Source: an uncultured Candidatus Poseidoniales archaeon
GTDB taxonomy: Archaea; Thermoplasmatota; Poseidoniia; Poseidoniales; Poseidoniaceae
Length of the DNA: 64,000 nt
Direction: 5' to 3'
Assembly (NCBI GenBank): GCA_902605365.1
Contig: CACLCM010000001.1
Location: forward strand, 82,595 to 146,594
Translations under genes and position numbers: made by a program
In this document: positions 38,882-48,500 of the stretch, piece by piece
Layout of the letters: every line of letters begins with the position of its first letter
Numbering within the stretch: the stretch's first letter is position 1
Notes under the pieces: generated by a model
Database searches by the model: none
What the model saw: only the letters and a program-made list of their open reading frames with translations
Told to the model about the DNA's origin: nothing

Positions 38882-40078
38882 ATGGACAGACCACAACGCA
38901 GTGCTTTGGCTCATCATTGGACTCTTGATCCAACTTGTGTTTTTCTTAACCACGGTTCTTTCGGAGCATCTCCTAAGTTCATTATTGATGAACAGCGTAA
39001 GTGGCAAGATATTCTGGAGAATGAACCGGTCCGCTTCTTTGAAGAAACTCTGCATGGTGTGATGCTAGAAACTAGGAAATCCCTCGCTAAGATGCTAACC
39101 TGTGACCCTGAAGATTTGGCCTTAATAGAAAATGCAACATCGGGAGTAAATACGATTCTGCGTTCATTAAAATTTGCTCAGGGCGATGAGATACTCGTAC
39201 CCGACCATGCTTATCAGGCCTGTAAAAACACCATCGATTATGTGAGCGAAAAGTGGGGTGCAAAAGTGGTTACGTGCCATATTCCATTCCCGGTTGATAA
39301 CGCAGATGTTGCCTATGATGCAATCATGTCTGGTGTCTCTTCAAGAACAGTTCTTGCATTGATTGATACAGTTACTAGTCCAACCGGATTACTGATGCCT
39401 TTTGAGAAAATAGTCCACGACTTAGAATCCAAAGGTGTTCACGTCATGCTTGATGCAGCACATGGAATTGGAATGGTTCCACTTAATTTAGACCGTATGG
39501 GTGCTTCTTTCACCACGAGTAATTGCCACAAGTGGTTATGTGCTCCAAAAGGAACTGCTTTCCTCCATGTTCGCAAAGACCTACAACCTCAGATCCATCC
39601 TCTTACAATCAGCCATGGAATGAGTTTCCCATTAGGAGATACTACTCGCTTTAGGCATGAATTTGACTGGACAGGAACTCGTGACTTGACGGGCCATTGT
39701 ACTCTTCCAGTACTGATAGACGGAATGGCAAAATTAGTCGAAGGTGGCTGGCCTAGCATCATGAAGCGAAATCACGACCTAGCCATTGAAGGCAGGAATA
39801 TTCTGTGCCAACGCTTAGGAATTTCAGCCCCCTGTCCTGAAGATATGATTTCATGCATTGCAACTTTGCCTCTACCTAGCGGTTCAAGCGGTGGAATACC
39901 CTTGCATGAACCAGACCCACTTCACGAGACACTTCAGAAGAAATATGGCATCCAAATCCCAGTATGGTCGTGGGAATCACCTCAGGGACGTTATATTCGA
40001 ATCTCAGCTCAATTGTACAACCATGTCGATGAATATCATTACCTCGCAGATGCACTTGCAAACGAATTGAACATTTAG
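38882..40078 (+). CDS. PLP-dependent class V aminotransferase (isopenicillin-N epimerase / EgtE / cysteine desulfhydrase-like)
   Basis: FLNHGSFGA, NATSGVN, TSPTG, DAAHG.G, NCHKWLCAPKG, WTGTRD, RISAQLYN. Confidence 0.85.
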   Translation: MDRPQRSALAHHWTLDPTCVFLNHGSFGASPKFIIDEQRKWQDILENEPVRFFEETLHGVMLETRKSLAKMLTCDPEDLALIENATSGVNTILRSLKFAQGDEILVPDHAYQACKNTIDYVSEKWGAKVVTCHIPFPVDNADVAYDAIMSGVSSRTVLALIDTVTSPTGLLMPFEKIVHDLESKGVHVMLDAAHGIGMVPLNLDRMGASFTTSNCHKWLCAPKGTAFLHVRKDLQPQIHPLTISHGMSFPLGDTTRFRHEFDWTGTRDLTGHCTLPVLIDGMAKLVEGGWPSIMKRNHDLAIEGRNILCQRLGISAPCPEDMISCIATLPLPSGSSGGIPLHEPDPLHETLQKKYGIQIPVWSWESPQGRYIRISAQLYNHVDEYHYLADALANELNI

Positions 40079-40127
40079 TTCGTGGAACTAATCAAGATTC
40101 TATAAACCTCAGAATTAGTAGCGGGCT

Positions 40128-40769
40128 ATGAGGAGGCTAATGTTACCAATTTTGGTACTAACTCTCCTTAGTGTTACAGTTAGTGCAGAAACTTACATCA
40201 TTACTGGTAGAGCAACATATGCAGACAATTCTCAAGTCCAACTATACGACATCACCATCGATTGTGAGCCAGGAGAAAGTAACTGTTTACAATTCAATGG
40301 GGCCACAACTCAGACCGACCGATATGGGAATTTCACCTTGGCTATTGGTGTTGATGAAAGCGATGACGGGACTAGGATTCTGTTGAAACTTAGAGGCGAA
40401 GAGTTCCCTCATACAATCGACCTCGACTTGCTAGAAGCATCAGGAGGATCAATCACCCAAGACATAAAACTCGAACAATATCCTACACCAGCAAGTTCAG
40501 GCTTTGGCTCAGGTTGTTGCCTGTTGTTATTTGTTATCATGGCCCTATACGCTATTACCAAGACTGCAAGAATGCTTTCCACACCTCAAGGAAGAATGGA
40601 ATTTAGAGGATTCAAACCCGCAAGGACTCTTGAGTGTCCAACATGTGGTGAGGTAGTTGCTCAGCATCAATTACTGAAACATCTGGTTGAAGTCCACGAT
40701 ATGGAATTGGTAGAAGCTGGAGAGTTAACCGGTAAAGCTATGCGAACTATTTGGTCAGAGGAAGAATAA
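40128..40769 (+). CDS. signal peptide + beta-sandwich + TM + cytoplasmic C2H2 zinc finger protein
   Basis: CPTC...LLKHLVEVH after the TM; TATAAA at 40101-40106. Confidence 0.7.
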   Translation: MRRLMLPILVLTLLSVTVSAETYIITGRATYADNSQVQLYDITIDCEPGESNCLQFNGATTQTDRYGNFTLAIGVDESDDGTRILLKLRGEEFPHTIDLDLLEASGGSITQDIKLEQYPTPASSGFGSGCCLLLFVIMALYAITKTARMLSTPQGRMEFRGFKPARTLECPTCGEVVAQHQLLKHLVEVHDMELVEAGELTGKAMRTIWSEEE

Positions 40770-40811
40770 GTTCTCGAATAATCAAAAGTAATAGGACCAT
40801 TTCAACGAAGC

Positions 40812-41171
40812 ATGGACAAAATCAATTTCTCAGAGAAATTGGCTAAATTTTCAGACCACTGGTCGCCTAAAGTAATCGCAGAAATGAACGATTATCAATT
40901 CAAATTAGTCAAGTTAGAAGGCGAATTCGATTGGCATGACCATTCCGATACAGATGAGGTTTTCATCGTCATAGAAGGGTCAATGAAAATCGAAATGGAA
41001 GACAAAGTAGTCGAACTAAATGCAGGTGAGATGTATGTTGTTCCCAAGGGCGTAACTCACAAACCTACAGCCGAAAAAGAATGCAAAATAATGTTGGTTG
41101 AGCCAAAAGGCGTGATCAATACCGGTGAGGCAGATAGTGATCTAACTGCAGAAAACGATGTCTGGATTTAG
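40812..41171 (+). CDS. cupin domain protein
   Basis: WSPK.IAEMNDY, GEFDWHDH..TDE.F.V.EG, VVPKGV.H.P.A, EPKG..NTG. Confidence 0.9.
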   Translation: MDKINFSEKLAKFSDHWSPKVIAEMNDYQFKLVKLEGEFDWHDHSDTDEVFIVIEGSMKIEMEDKVVELNAGEMYVVPKGVTHKPTAEKECKIMLVEPKGVINTGEADSDLTAENDVWI

Positions 41172-41476
41172 AATTCAAAATCTTGTCCACAACTTGGACA
41201 TTCATACAAATCGTCTTCATCAGTTCCTACATTGATTTCCGCTTCACAATGAGGGCAGATAACAATGATATCTTCTTGAGGTGAAGACTCACTTGCTACC
41301 ATGGAGTCAATCAGGGCATGATTGGCACTAATTATTGCTGTAAATATAGAACCCAGTATTGCGGTCATAATTAGTAAACCACCTACATAGCTCCAAATAT
41401 CGAACCCATCACCTAACACTAAAGCAATGAATAGTCCGAAGAGGGCCAGAATCCCCCATCTAGCGAACCAGTTCAT
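41168..41476 (-). CDS. 2-TM membrane protein with C-terminal zinc ribbon
   Basis: CPHC...CPSC after hydrophobic helices. Confidence 0.7.
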   Translation of the reverse strand: MNWFARWGILALFGLFIALVLGDGFDIWSYVGGLLIMTAILGSIFTAIISANHALIDSMVASESSPQEDIIVICPHCEAEINVGTDEDDLYECPSCGQDFEF

Positions 41477-41541
41477 ATCTATCGAAATAAGGTCATTAGG
41501 AAAAATGTATCTCCTGAATTAATCACAGATTAATCTGAATT

Positions 41542-42447
41542 TTATTTGGGATTTATCCAAGTTTTTAGATTTCGCATTGAAGAGAAAACTCCTCTAAAGA
41601 AACCACTAAGCAAGAATGCACATAGAGCAATAGTCATCGCCCATCCCCAGACATTGGTTATCGCTTGCATCTCACCATCTGTAAGCATTAGAGACAGTGT
41701 AGTTGCTAAGCCAACTCCAATTGAAGTTTTGATTCGATTAGGTAATTCCATTGACAACAAGGTACCTGCTTTAGACTGGCTCGTGAGAAGGAATAGTGTC
41801 CAAATTGCAGTTCCTAATGGCCAAACCACCGCTTTGGTCTCCATTCCACTAAATTCAATTCCTCTATCTTGTAGCTGGAAATCAATGACTATCAATATCA
41901 CAGCCCAAAGTACTGAGAAACCTAGAGTTACCAGGATTTGATTAATTGAGTGATTAACTTCTCCACCTAATCCTCGCTCTACATTATCTGACTGTTTTTC
42001 TTCGGTCTCAGAATCTGAAGAATTTTCTACGGTTTCGGAATCATTGTCTTCCAGTTTTGTATTATTTTGAACTTTAATTTTTAGTTCCTTAACTTCCTTC
42101 TCAAGTGCTTGAATATCTTGAATTAATTTTTCATGTTCTTTAGTAGGAATTGTAACCATTGGAGGTAATTTCTCGTTATCGACGAGTATTTTTTTGTATT
42201 TGTCGTCCTCTTTGAGAGATTCCACAAACTCCTCCCTTTTCTTTTGCCGGTTCTCAATCATTTCATCCTTCTTTTGACTCGCCTTTACGGCCATCTCAGA
42301 TGTCCATTTTGAAGTGGCATCAATCGCTTTGCTTGTGCCGTCCACAACTTTCTTACCAGTTATTTCTAAACCCGATTTTATATTTTCAAGGTGTTGATTT
42401 AATTTAGAATCATTATCATTTAACGACTCTTGATTTTCATCTTCCAT
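41542..42447 (-). CDS. coiled-coil + 4-TM hypothetical membrane protein
   Basis: Charged helical N-terminal half, hydrophobic C-terminal half; ATG 42447. Confidence 0.65.
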   Translation of the reverse strand: MEDENQESLNDNDSKLNQHLENIKSGLEITGKKVVDGTSKAIDATSKWTSEMAVKASQKKDEMIENRQKKREEFVESLKEDDKYKKILVDNEKLPPMVTIPTKEHEKLIQDIQALEKEVKELKIKVQNNTKLEDNDSETVENSSDSETEEKQSDNVERGLGGEVNHSINQILVTLGFSVLWAVILIVIDFQLQDRGIEFSGMETKAVVWPLGTAIWTLFLLTSQSKAGTLLSMELPNRIKTSIGVGLATTLSLMLTDGEMQAITNVWGWAMTIALCAFLLSGFFRGVFSSMRNLKTWINPK

Positions 42448-42458
42448 CAACACAACTC

Positions 42459-43169
42459 CTACTCGGCGCACCAACTAGGTCTTTCTGTCTCGTATTTAGC
42501 AGAATCCTCTGAATATGAGTTTGAATCTTTCACAAGTAGAATACAGGTACCTTCAACCTCATCTGTTGAAGAATCATCTTCATCGATTTCTAGGCTGATC
42601 CAACTCATCCACATCGCTTTTTCATCATCACTAAATCCTTGTTTCAGTGTTTGCACGATTATGGTTGATTCACCATTACCATTGTTGATTTCACTTGTTA
42701 AGGTGACCACATCATCCTCAATTTCCCAAGTAGCATCATTTCCAGTTCCATCTTCAAATGTTCCATCGATATCAAAAGTGAATATTTGCCCATCAGCCTT
42801 AGTCCAAGAGCCTTCGATTGGATGGGTTGATGCAGGGATTTGGAACACAAGATAAACAACAAAAATTACGGCAACTAAGCCTAAAATTGAGAAAACGATT
42901 TTCTTATTTTCTTTGATGCTGACCTTGGTATTATCGTAGTACACTCCTGCTTTGAATATCATTCTATCAAAATTGAATGAATCAGTGTTCTTTCCAGCAG
43001 TTGATACCGGTTTGGAAGGTATCGCTTCATGGCCAGGAGGCGGGGCTGGGTCTGGCTTTCTGCCATCTAATGAGAACTCAGGGAAATATCTCAGCGTATG
43101 CTCAAGAGCTTCCTCTTCAGTGTACCCTTGTTCGATTAAATCATCATGATAAGCTAATTGATCTGACAA
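42459..43169 (-). CDS. single-pass membrane protein with extracellular beta domain
   Basis: N-terminal YHDDLIEQGYTEEEA motif, Pro linker, TM, then IEGSW...F..DGT lipocalin-like start. Confidence 0.65.
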   Translation of the reverse strand: MSDQLAYHDDLIEQGYTEEEALEHTLRYFPEFSLDGRKPDPAPPPGHEAIPSKPVSTAGKNTDSFNFDRMIFKAGVYYDNTKVSIKENKKIVFSILGLVAVIFVVYLVFQIPASTHPIEGSWTKADGQIFTFDIDGTFEDGTGNDATWEIEDDVVTLTSEINNGNGESTIIVQTLKQGFSDDEKAMWMSWISLEIDEDDSSTDEVEGTCILLVKDSNSYSEDSAKYETERPSWCAE

Positions 43170-43718
43170 TCAATCACCTTCTAACATCTCTTCGATTGAT
43201 TCAGTTTCGGAAGTATCATTGTTCAGTTCTAGAATTTCACTTAGTTCGTGGTCTGAATCTTCTTTAGTCTCACTTTCTTCAACTTCAGAATCATTCATAT
43301 TCCAGTGAAGGAATCCACTAAGTCCAAGCATTCCCCATAATATTAGAGGTGGAGCTAGTTCAATATTCAGAGAGATACTGTAGATGAATGGAGGTGTCAG
43401 TTCTGCTTCAACCTGAAATCCGCCACCTTCTGCTACCATTCTTACCAAAATAATCCACAAGAAAACGCTTGTGCCTAGGAAAGCAGTCATTCTTGCTAAA
43501 GAGCGGCCACTGCTGAACAAATATATGCTTAACAGCATTACAGCAGTTACCAATCCGTAAGATGCTGCACTAAATTCAGTAGACGCATAACTTGTTTGAT
43601 ACATCGGTACTAGTGCGCCGAATAGAGTGTGAGGTATTGCTACAATTAACAACCAAAGGTTGGGGTTCAACATACTCTTTAGGTCGGTTTTTAAAACACG
43701 CTCTAATACTTCACCCAT
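43170..43718 (-). CDS. 4-TM hypothetical membrane protein with acidic tail
   Basis: Hydrophobic helices; abuts its neighbours in an operon-like run. Confidence 0.65.
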   Translation of the reverse strand: MGEVLERVLKTDLKSMLNPNLWLLIVAIPHTLFGALVPMYQTSYASTEFSAASYGLVTAVMLLSIYLFSSGRSLARMTAFLGTSVFLWIILVRMVAEGGGFQVEAELTPPFIYSISLNIELAPPLILWGMLGLSGFLHWNMNDSEVEESETKEDSDHELSEILELNNDTSETESIEEMLEGD

Positions 43719-45313
43719 TATACTTCAACCTCCTTTTTTTCGTCAACATTTTCTTCAGATTGCCCTCTCTTGGCACGCCATAAGAAGCCCAGAGTTAGCA
43801 TAGATGATATTGCTAGTAGAATCAGTATATCTTGAATATCGATAGTAATAGTTCCTTCATCACTAGAGGACGAATCACTAGTCCTTGTATTGTCTGTGGA
43901 TGCAGGTTCTTGCCCAGGGTCGAGAGGCTTGGTATCCAAAGCATCGATAACGCCATCGCCATCATCGTCCATGTCCAGTTTATTGCCAACTCCGTCACCA
44001 TCTGTGTCACGCCATTCGGTGAAATCATTAGGGAATGCATCATCGATATTATTGACGCCATCTCCATCGATATCTAGGTCGATAGAATCAGGCAGGCCAT
44101 CCCCGTCTAAATCTGAAATATACGTTGAATTCAATGGGAATGCATCATCTTCATCCAATATTCCATCATTATCATCATCGGTATCTGCATTGTCACCCAA
44201 GCCGTCACCGTCGTTGTCATTCCATTCTGCTGTATTGAATGGGAAAGCATCTAGAGAATCGATTACGCCATCATTATCATCATCGATATCGGCATTATCT
44301 CCAACAGCATCTCCATCAAAATTGAATTGTTCTTGTGGGTCCAATGGGAATGCATCATTTACATCCAATACGCCATCTCCATCATCATCATCATCGTCAG
44401 AATCTGGAGTTCCATCTCCATCTAGGTCAACTATCACTTCGACATAATCTGTCTCAGAATCTTCAGAATCCGGAGTTCCATCATTATCGTCGTCAAGGTC
44501 AGCGTTATCTCCAATTCCGTCTCCATCATGGTCCGCGGATTCGGTTGGGTCTAGAGGGAATGCATCTTCTGAGTCGACGACTCCATCTCCATCATCATCC
44601 ACGTCTGCCGTGTTTCCTAATCCGTCATTATCGGTATCTTGCCACTCAGATGCATCTTTCGGGAAAGCATCATCTTCGTCAGGAACACCATCATTATCAT
44701 CATCAGGATCTGCATTATCTCCGATGCCGTCGTTATCATTGTTGTATTGCTCAGAGCTATCTTTAGGATATGCATCTTCACTATCGCTGACATTATCATT
44801 ATCATCATCACTGTCAGCATTGTCTCCTACACCGTCACCATCTGTGTCTTCATGCTCGTTTGGATTGTAAGGGAATGCGTCTTGTTGGTCGCTTACTCCA
44901 TCATTATCATCATCGGAATCGACATCATCATTTTGTCCATCATTGTCTGAATCTTGACCTGATGAGCCTCCGTTTCCTGAATTACCATTGCCATTGTTAC
45001 CATTCTCGTCGTCATCGTCGTCGTCGTCATCGTCGTCATCGTCGTCATCATCGTCGTCATCTTCCCGGCCTTCGCATTCACCAGGGTAATCACTGTCGTC
45101 AGGGTCGTCTTCATCATCCCATTCACATAGGCTGTCTGAATTACACGATGATTCAGAGCTGTAGGTTTCTTCACAATAATCATCATCGCCATCTCTTCCG
45201 GACGTGTCAAACAATTCATCACGAACATCTAATGAACTCATTTCCATAACAGAAATCGGTGCAGTAAAAAGTAAAATGATTAGAATCCAAATAGCGGCTA
45301 GATTTCTCATCAT
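43718..45313 (-). CDS. thrombospondin type-3 repeat surface protein
   Basis: Signal peptide, poly-Asp run, about 9 D.D.DG.GDN.D.DDDNDG..D..DAFP repeats, C-terminal TM. Confidence 0.85.
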   Translation of the reverse strand: MMRNLAAIWILIILLFTAPISVMEMSSLDVRDELFDTSGRDGDDDYCEETYSSESSCNSDSLCEWDDEDDPDDSDYPGECEGREDDDDDDDDDDDDDDDDDDENGNNGNGNSGNGGSSGQDSDNDGQNDDVDSDDDNDGVSDQQDAFPYNPNEHEDTDGDGVGDNADSDDDNDNVSDSEDAYPKDSSEQYNNDNDGIGDNADPDDDNDGVPDEDDAFPKDASEWQDTDNDGLGNTADVDDDGDGVVDSEDAFPLDPTESADHDGDGIGDNADLDDDNDGTPDSEDSETDYVEVIVDLDGDGTPDSDDDDDDGDGVLDVNDAFPLDPQEQFNFDGDAVGDNADIDDDNDGVIDSLDAFPFNTAEWNDNDGDGLGDNADTDDDNDGILDEDDAFPLNSTYISDLDGDGLPDSIDLDIDGDGVNNIDDAFPNDFTEWRDTDGDGVGNKLDMDDDGDGVIDALDTKPLDPGQEPASTDNTRTSDSSSSDEGTITIDIQDILILLAISSMLTLGFLWRAKRGQSEENVDEKKEVEV

Positions 45314-45403
45314 GAAGAATCCCAAATGGTACTGGTATATATTTAGGACTCCCTAAAATGAGTCATAAGATGATAGAGGATTTTCTTGATTAGAAGGTAG
45401 AAG

Positions 45404-45476
45404 TAGTCTCTCCCGGATTTGAACCGAGGTCTGCGGGACCAGAACCCACAATGATGGACCGCTACACTAAGAGACT
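45404..45476 (-). tRNA. tRNA-Gln(CTG), no encoded CCA
   Basis: Reverse complement AGTCTCT...GTGGG-TTCTGGT-CCCGC...CTCGGTTCAAATCCGGG-AGAGACT-A; the A1-U72 pair is typical of archaeal tRNA-Gln. Confidence 0.95.
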
Positions 45477-45525
45477 AGCAGACGAGCCAAAAGCCTCTCA
45501 TTCTTCAAGTAAGCGGTTTGAAATT

Positions 45526-46572
45526 TCAACCACGTAGTGCAGCAATAACATCTTCAAGTTGTTCAGGAGATGGCCTTAGTAGGTCTTCTCCCATTTCGAC
45601 TAGAGGTGTGTCGTGCAAATCTAAATCTACGTCAAGAGAGGGCTTTTCTCCATCGAAATAGAGTATGCCTGTGACGTGCTTTTTGTCTGCATCTGCTTTG
45701 TGAAGTGCGGATAAAGCTGCAACAGCATCAGATATATCGTGATCTTCTGAGATTGTTTCCAGCCTCATAGTTGAGCCATCGTGAAGAGTCACGTCTGTAT
45801 AAGAACCAGCAGGAACTTCTACTTGTTCTAGTGGTGAGAAGTGAGGTATATATCCCACAGAGTGTAATTCTGCTTGATTGTCCTTCACATATCCATACGA
45901 ACGCAAAGATTCATCATTATTGTTGAATGTAACACAAGGGCTGATTATGTCAATCAATGCGAACCCTTTGTGAGAAATTGCCGCTTTCATCAAAGCAGTG
46001 AGTTGTTTCTTGGAACCGCTAAAAGAACGTGCTACAAATGAGCACCCTAGGTTGATTGCCATGGCACACAAATCAATTGGCTGAGTTTCATTTACTGGTC
46101 CCTTCTTCTTTTTTGAGCCAACATCGGCTGTTGCTGAATATTGGCCTTTTGTTAGACCATAAACTCCGTTGTTTTCAACGACGTAAACCATATTCACATT
46201 GCGCCTAATCGCATGAATAAGTTGTCCAATACCAATCGATGCAGAATCTCCGTCTCCCGAAACTCCAATGTAAGTCAGGTCTTTGTTTACAACATTAGCT
46301 CCAGTTGTAACGGATGGCATTCTGCCGTGGACTGTATTGAATCCATGTGATTTCCCTAGGTAGTAGGCAGGAGTTTTACTTGAGCATCCAATTCCGCTCA
46401 TTTTAGCAATTCTATGTGGTTGTAATCCGTTATCCCACGCTGCGGTTACAATGACGTTTGAAATTTGATCATGCCCACAGCCGGGGCAAAGTGAGGATTT
46501 CCCTCCTGTGTAGGAGTCTTTTGGCTCGTTAATGACGTTGAGTTTAACGACCTTTACTCGCTTTTCACTCAT
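45526..46572 (-). CDS. 2-oxoacid:ferredoxin oxidoreductase beta subunit
   Basis: CPGCG, SGIGCS, HGR, GDGD, NNGVYGLTKGQ.S, SPCVTFN. Confidence 0.93.
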   Translation of the reverse strand: MSEKRVKVVKLNVINEPKDSYTGGKSSLCPGCGHDQISNVIVTAAWDNGLQPHRIAKMSGIGCSSKTPAYYLGKSHGFNTVHGRMPSVTTGANVVNKDLTYIGVSGDGDSASIGIGQLIHAIRRNVNMVYVVENNGVYGLTKGQYSATADVGSKKKKGPVNETQPIDLCAMAINLGCSFVARSFSGSKKQLTALMKAAISHKGFALIDIISPCVTFNNNDESLRSYGYVKDNQAELHSVGYIPHFSPLEQVEVPAGSYTDVTLHDGSTMRLETISEDHDISDAVAALSALHKADADKKHVTGILYFDGEKPSLDVDLDLHDTPLVEMGEDLLRPSPEQLEDVIAALRG

Positions 46573-48356
46573 ATCTCTGCCTCCTCAAGTACCTCTAATA
46601 TTCGTTCGGCATATAGTCTGCCCCTTGGAGGCATTCCATCGCTGTATGCTACGCTTAGCATTTTGCTAAGTAGGTGAAGTGGGTATTCTTTTCTCATAAT
46701 TCCATATAATTGTGCATCTCTATTGATTTCAACAACAATTATTTTGTCGTGTTTTTCCATAAATGCTTCAACTTCGCTGTGAAGTGGTAGCGCTCTAATT
46801 CTGCAAGTGCTGATTTTCTTCCCCGAGTTTTCTTCAACGATGTCTTCTATTTCATCAATTGTATTTTCCATTGAACCATAAAAAATTACGCCTAATTCCT
46901 GCTCTTCATCCTCTTTTATTATGGGGGCAGGCAGGTAATCCCTAGCTCCGTCGATTTTACGTCCTAGTCTTTGCATGAGTTTGTAGTAAACATCGGGCTT
47001 TTCGGAATATGTTCCGTCTTCGTCATGGCCAGTTCCGCGGTATAGGATTGGGTCTAAGCCAGATCCTGGTAGTGTTCTGTATGGGATTCCGTCACCATCG
47101 ACATCACGGTATCTGCCGTAGTTTTCGATAGAATCCATTTGCTCTTGTGTTAACACAACCTTTCCTCTGTCTATGGACTCGTCAGGATATTCAAATCCAC
47201 GGCAGGCCCATTTGTTCATTCCTAAGTCTAGATCTGAGAACCCAAATACTGGTGTTTGGTATTTTTCAGAGGCATCGAAAACCTTCCAGCCAAATTCGAA
47301 GCATTCTTCTACCGTTCCTGGAATAAATACAATGTGTTTTGTATCGCCGTGACTGCTCTCATAAACCATAGTTAAGTCTCCTTGTTGGGTTCTAGTTGGT
47401 AAGCCCGTAGATGGCCCAACTCTGTTAACATCCCAAAATACACAAGGCACTTCTGCGAAATATGCGAGTCCAATGAACTCTTGCATCAATGAAATACCTG
47501 GTCCGGAGGTTGCAGTAAGGCCTCTAGCACCTGCCCAACCAGCACCAATAATCATTCCAGCTGCAGCTAATTCATCCTCAGCCTGTATAACGGCGTAAGT
47601 TGCTTTTCCTTCATGGGTTCTGAGTTTCGGCAGCCACGAAATAATCCCTTCGGCTACGCTTGAGGAGGGTGTAATTGGATACCAACCCAGCATTTGTATG
47701 CCGCCAAACACTGAGCCTAATGCTATGGCCTCATTTCCTTCAATAAAGAATCCGCCTTCTTCAATTTCTCTTGATTCAACTGCATAATTGTCGCTCTTCG
47801 TCAATTCTTCAGCAAAATATGCTCTTCCCAATCTAGCAGCTTCTCCGTTAAGTTCGATGGCCTTTGCTTTTCCACCGAATTGCTTCGAGATTGCTGCTTC
47901 AAGAACTTCTTGATCCATGCCTAAAAGTTCAGCAAGAACTCCCACATAAACGACGTTGGCAATCATTCTAGCCAACTTTGGGTTGAGTTTCCTTGCGATT
48001 TTGGTCATCGGTACAGGATAGGAGATTACATCTTCCCGCTCCATTGGCATTTTAGAATCCATATTCCAGATAACTACCGTGCCCGGTTCTAGGGAAGCCA
48101 AATCTTCTTCCCAAGTTGCAGGGTTAACAAGAATTTGGATGTGAGTTCTATCGCCGGGAGCCTGATATCCCTTTTCTGATAGTCTAACAATATACCAAGT
48201 TGGAAGACCGGATATGTTTGAGGGAAACAAATTCTTGCCACTGACTGGGATTCCCATGTCGAAAAGAGTCTGCAGGAGGATTAGGTTTGCAGACTGTGAA
48301 CCGGTACCATTTGCCGTTGCTATATTTATGGTAAAATCATTTACAACTTGGTCCAT
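46569..48356 (-). CDS. 2-oxoacid:ferredoxin oxidoreductase alpha subunit (gamma-alpha fusion)
   Basis: NGTGSQS, GNEA, YPITPSS, QAEDE, TSGPG, RVGPSTGLPT; ATGA overlap with beta. Confidence 0.93.
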   Translation of the reverse strand: MDQVVNDFTINIATANGTGSQSANLILLQTLFDMGIPVSGKNLFPSNISGLPTWYIVRLSEKGYQAPGDRTHIQILVNPATWEEDLASLEPGTVVIWNMDSKMPMEREDVISYPVPMTKIARKLNPKLARMIANVVYVGVLAELLGMDQEVLEAAISKQFGGKAKAIELNGEAARLGRAYFAEELTKSDNYAVESREIEEGGFFIEGNEAIALGSVFGGIQMLGWYPITPSSSVAEGIISWLPKLRTHEGKATYAVIQAEDELAAAGMIIGAGWAGARGLTATSGPGISLMQEFIGLAYFAEVPCVFWDVNRVGPSTGLPTRTQQGDLTMVYESSHGDTKHIVFIPGTVEECFEFGWKVFDASEKYQTPVFGFSDLDLGMNKWACRGFEYPDESIDRGKVVLTQEQMDSIENYGRYRDVDGDGIPYRTLPGSGLDPILYRGTGHDEDGTYSEKPDVYYKLMQRLGRKIDGARDYLPAPIIKEDEEQELGVIFYGSMENTIDEIEDIVEENSGKKISTCRIRALPLHSEVEAFMEKHDKIIVVEINRDAQLYGIMRKEYPLHLLSKMLSVAYSDGMPPRGRLYAERILEVLEEAEI

Positions 48357-48500
48357 TTCGGCTTGCCACCTCTGCGCCCCCCCTAACGGGGAGTCTTCCA
48401 CTGGCCCCTTGCGTTGGCCCACGCTCTTTGAATGTGTTGATGGTATTTCACAATTTTAAGTAAGGGTAGGCCTCAAAACTGAAAGCAGTTTCGGGGTATC

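Noticed and set aside
38882..40078. Beta-lactam or ergothioneine biosynthesis cluster
   Set aside because: Only a lone class V PLP enzyme; no pathway partners in the window, so no specific function is assigned.
43822..45249. Multiple overlapping Met/Ile/Ser/His-rich ORFs
   Set aside because: Frame shadows of GAT/GAC-rich Asp repeats in the TSP3 gene.
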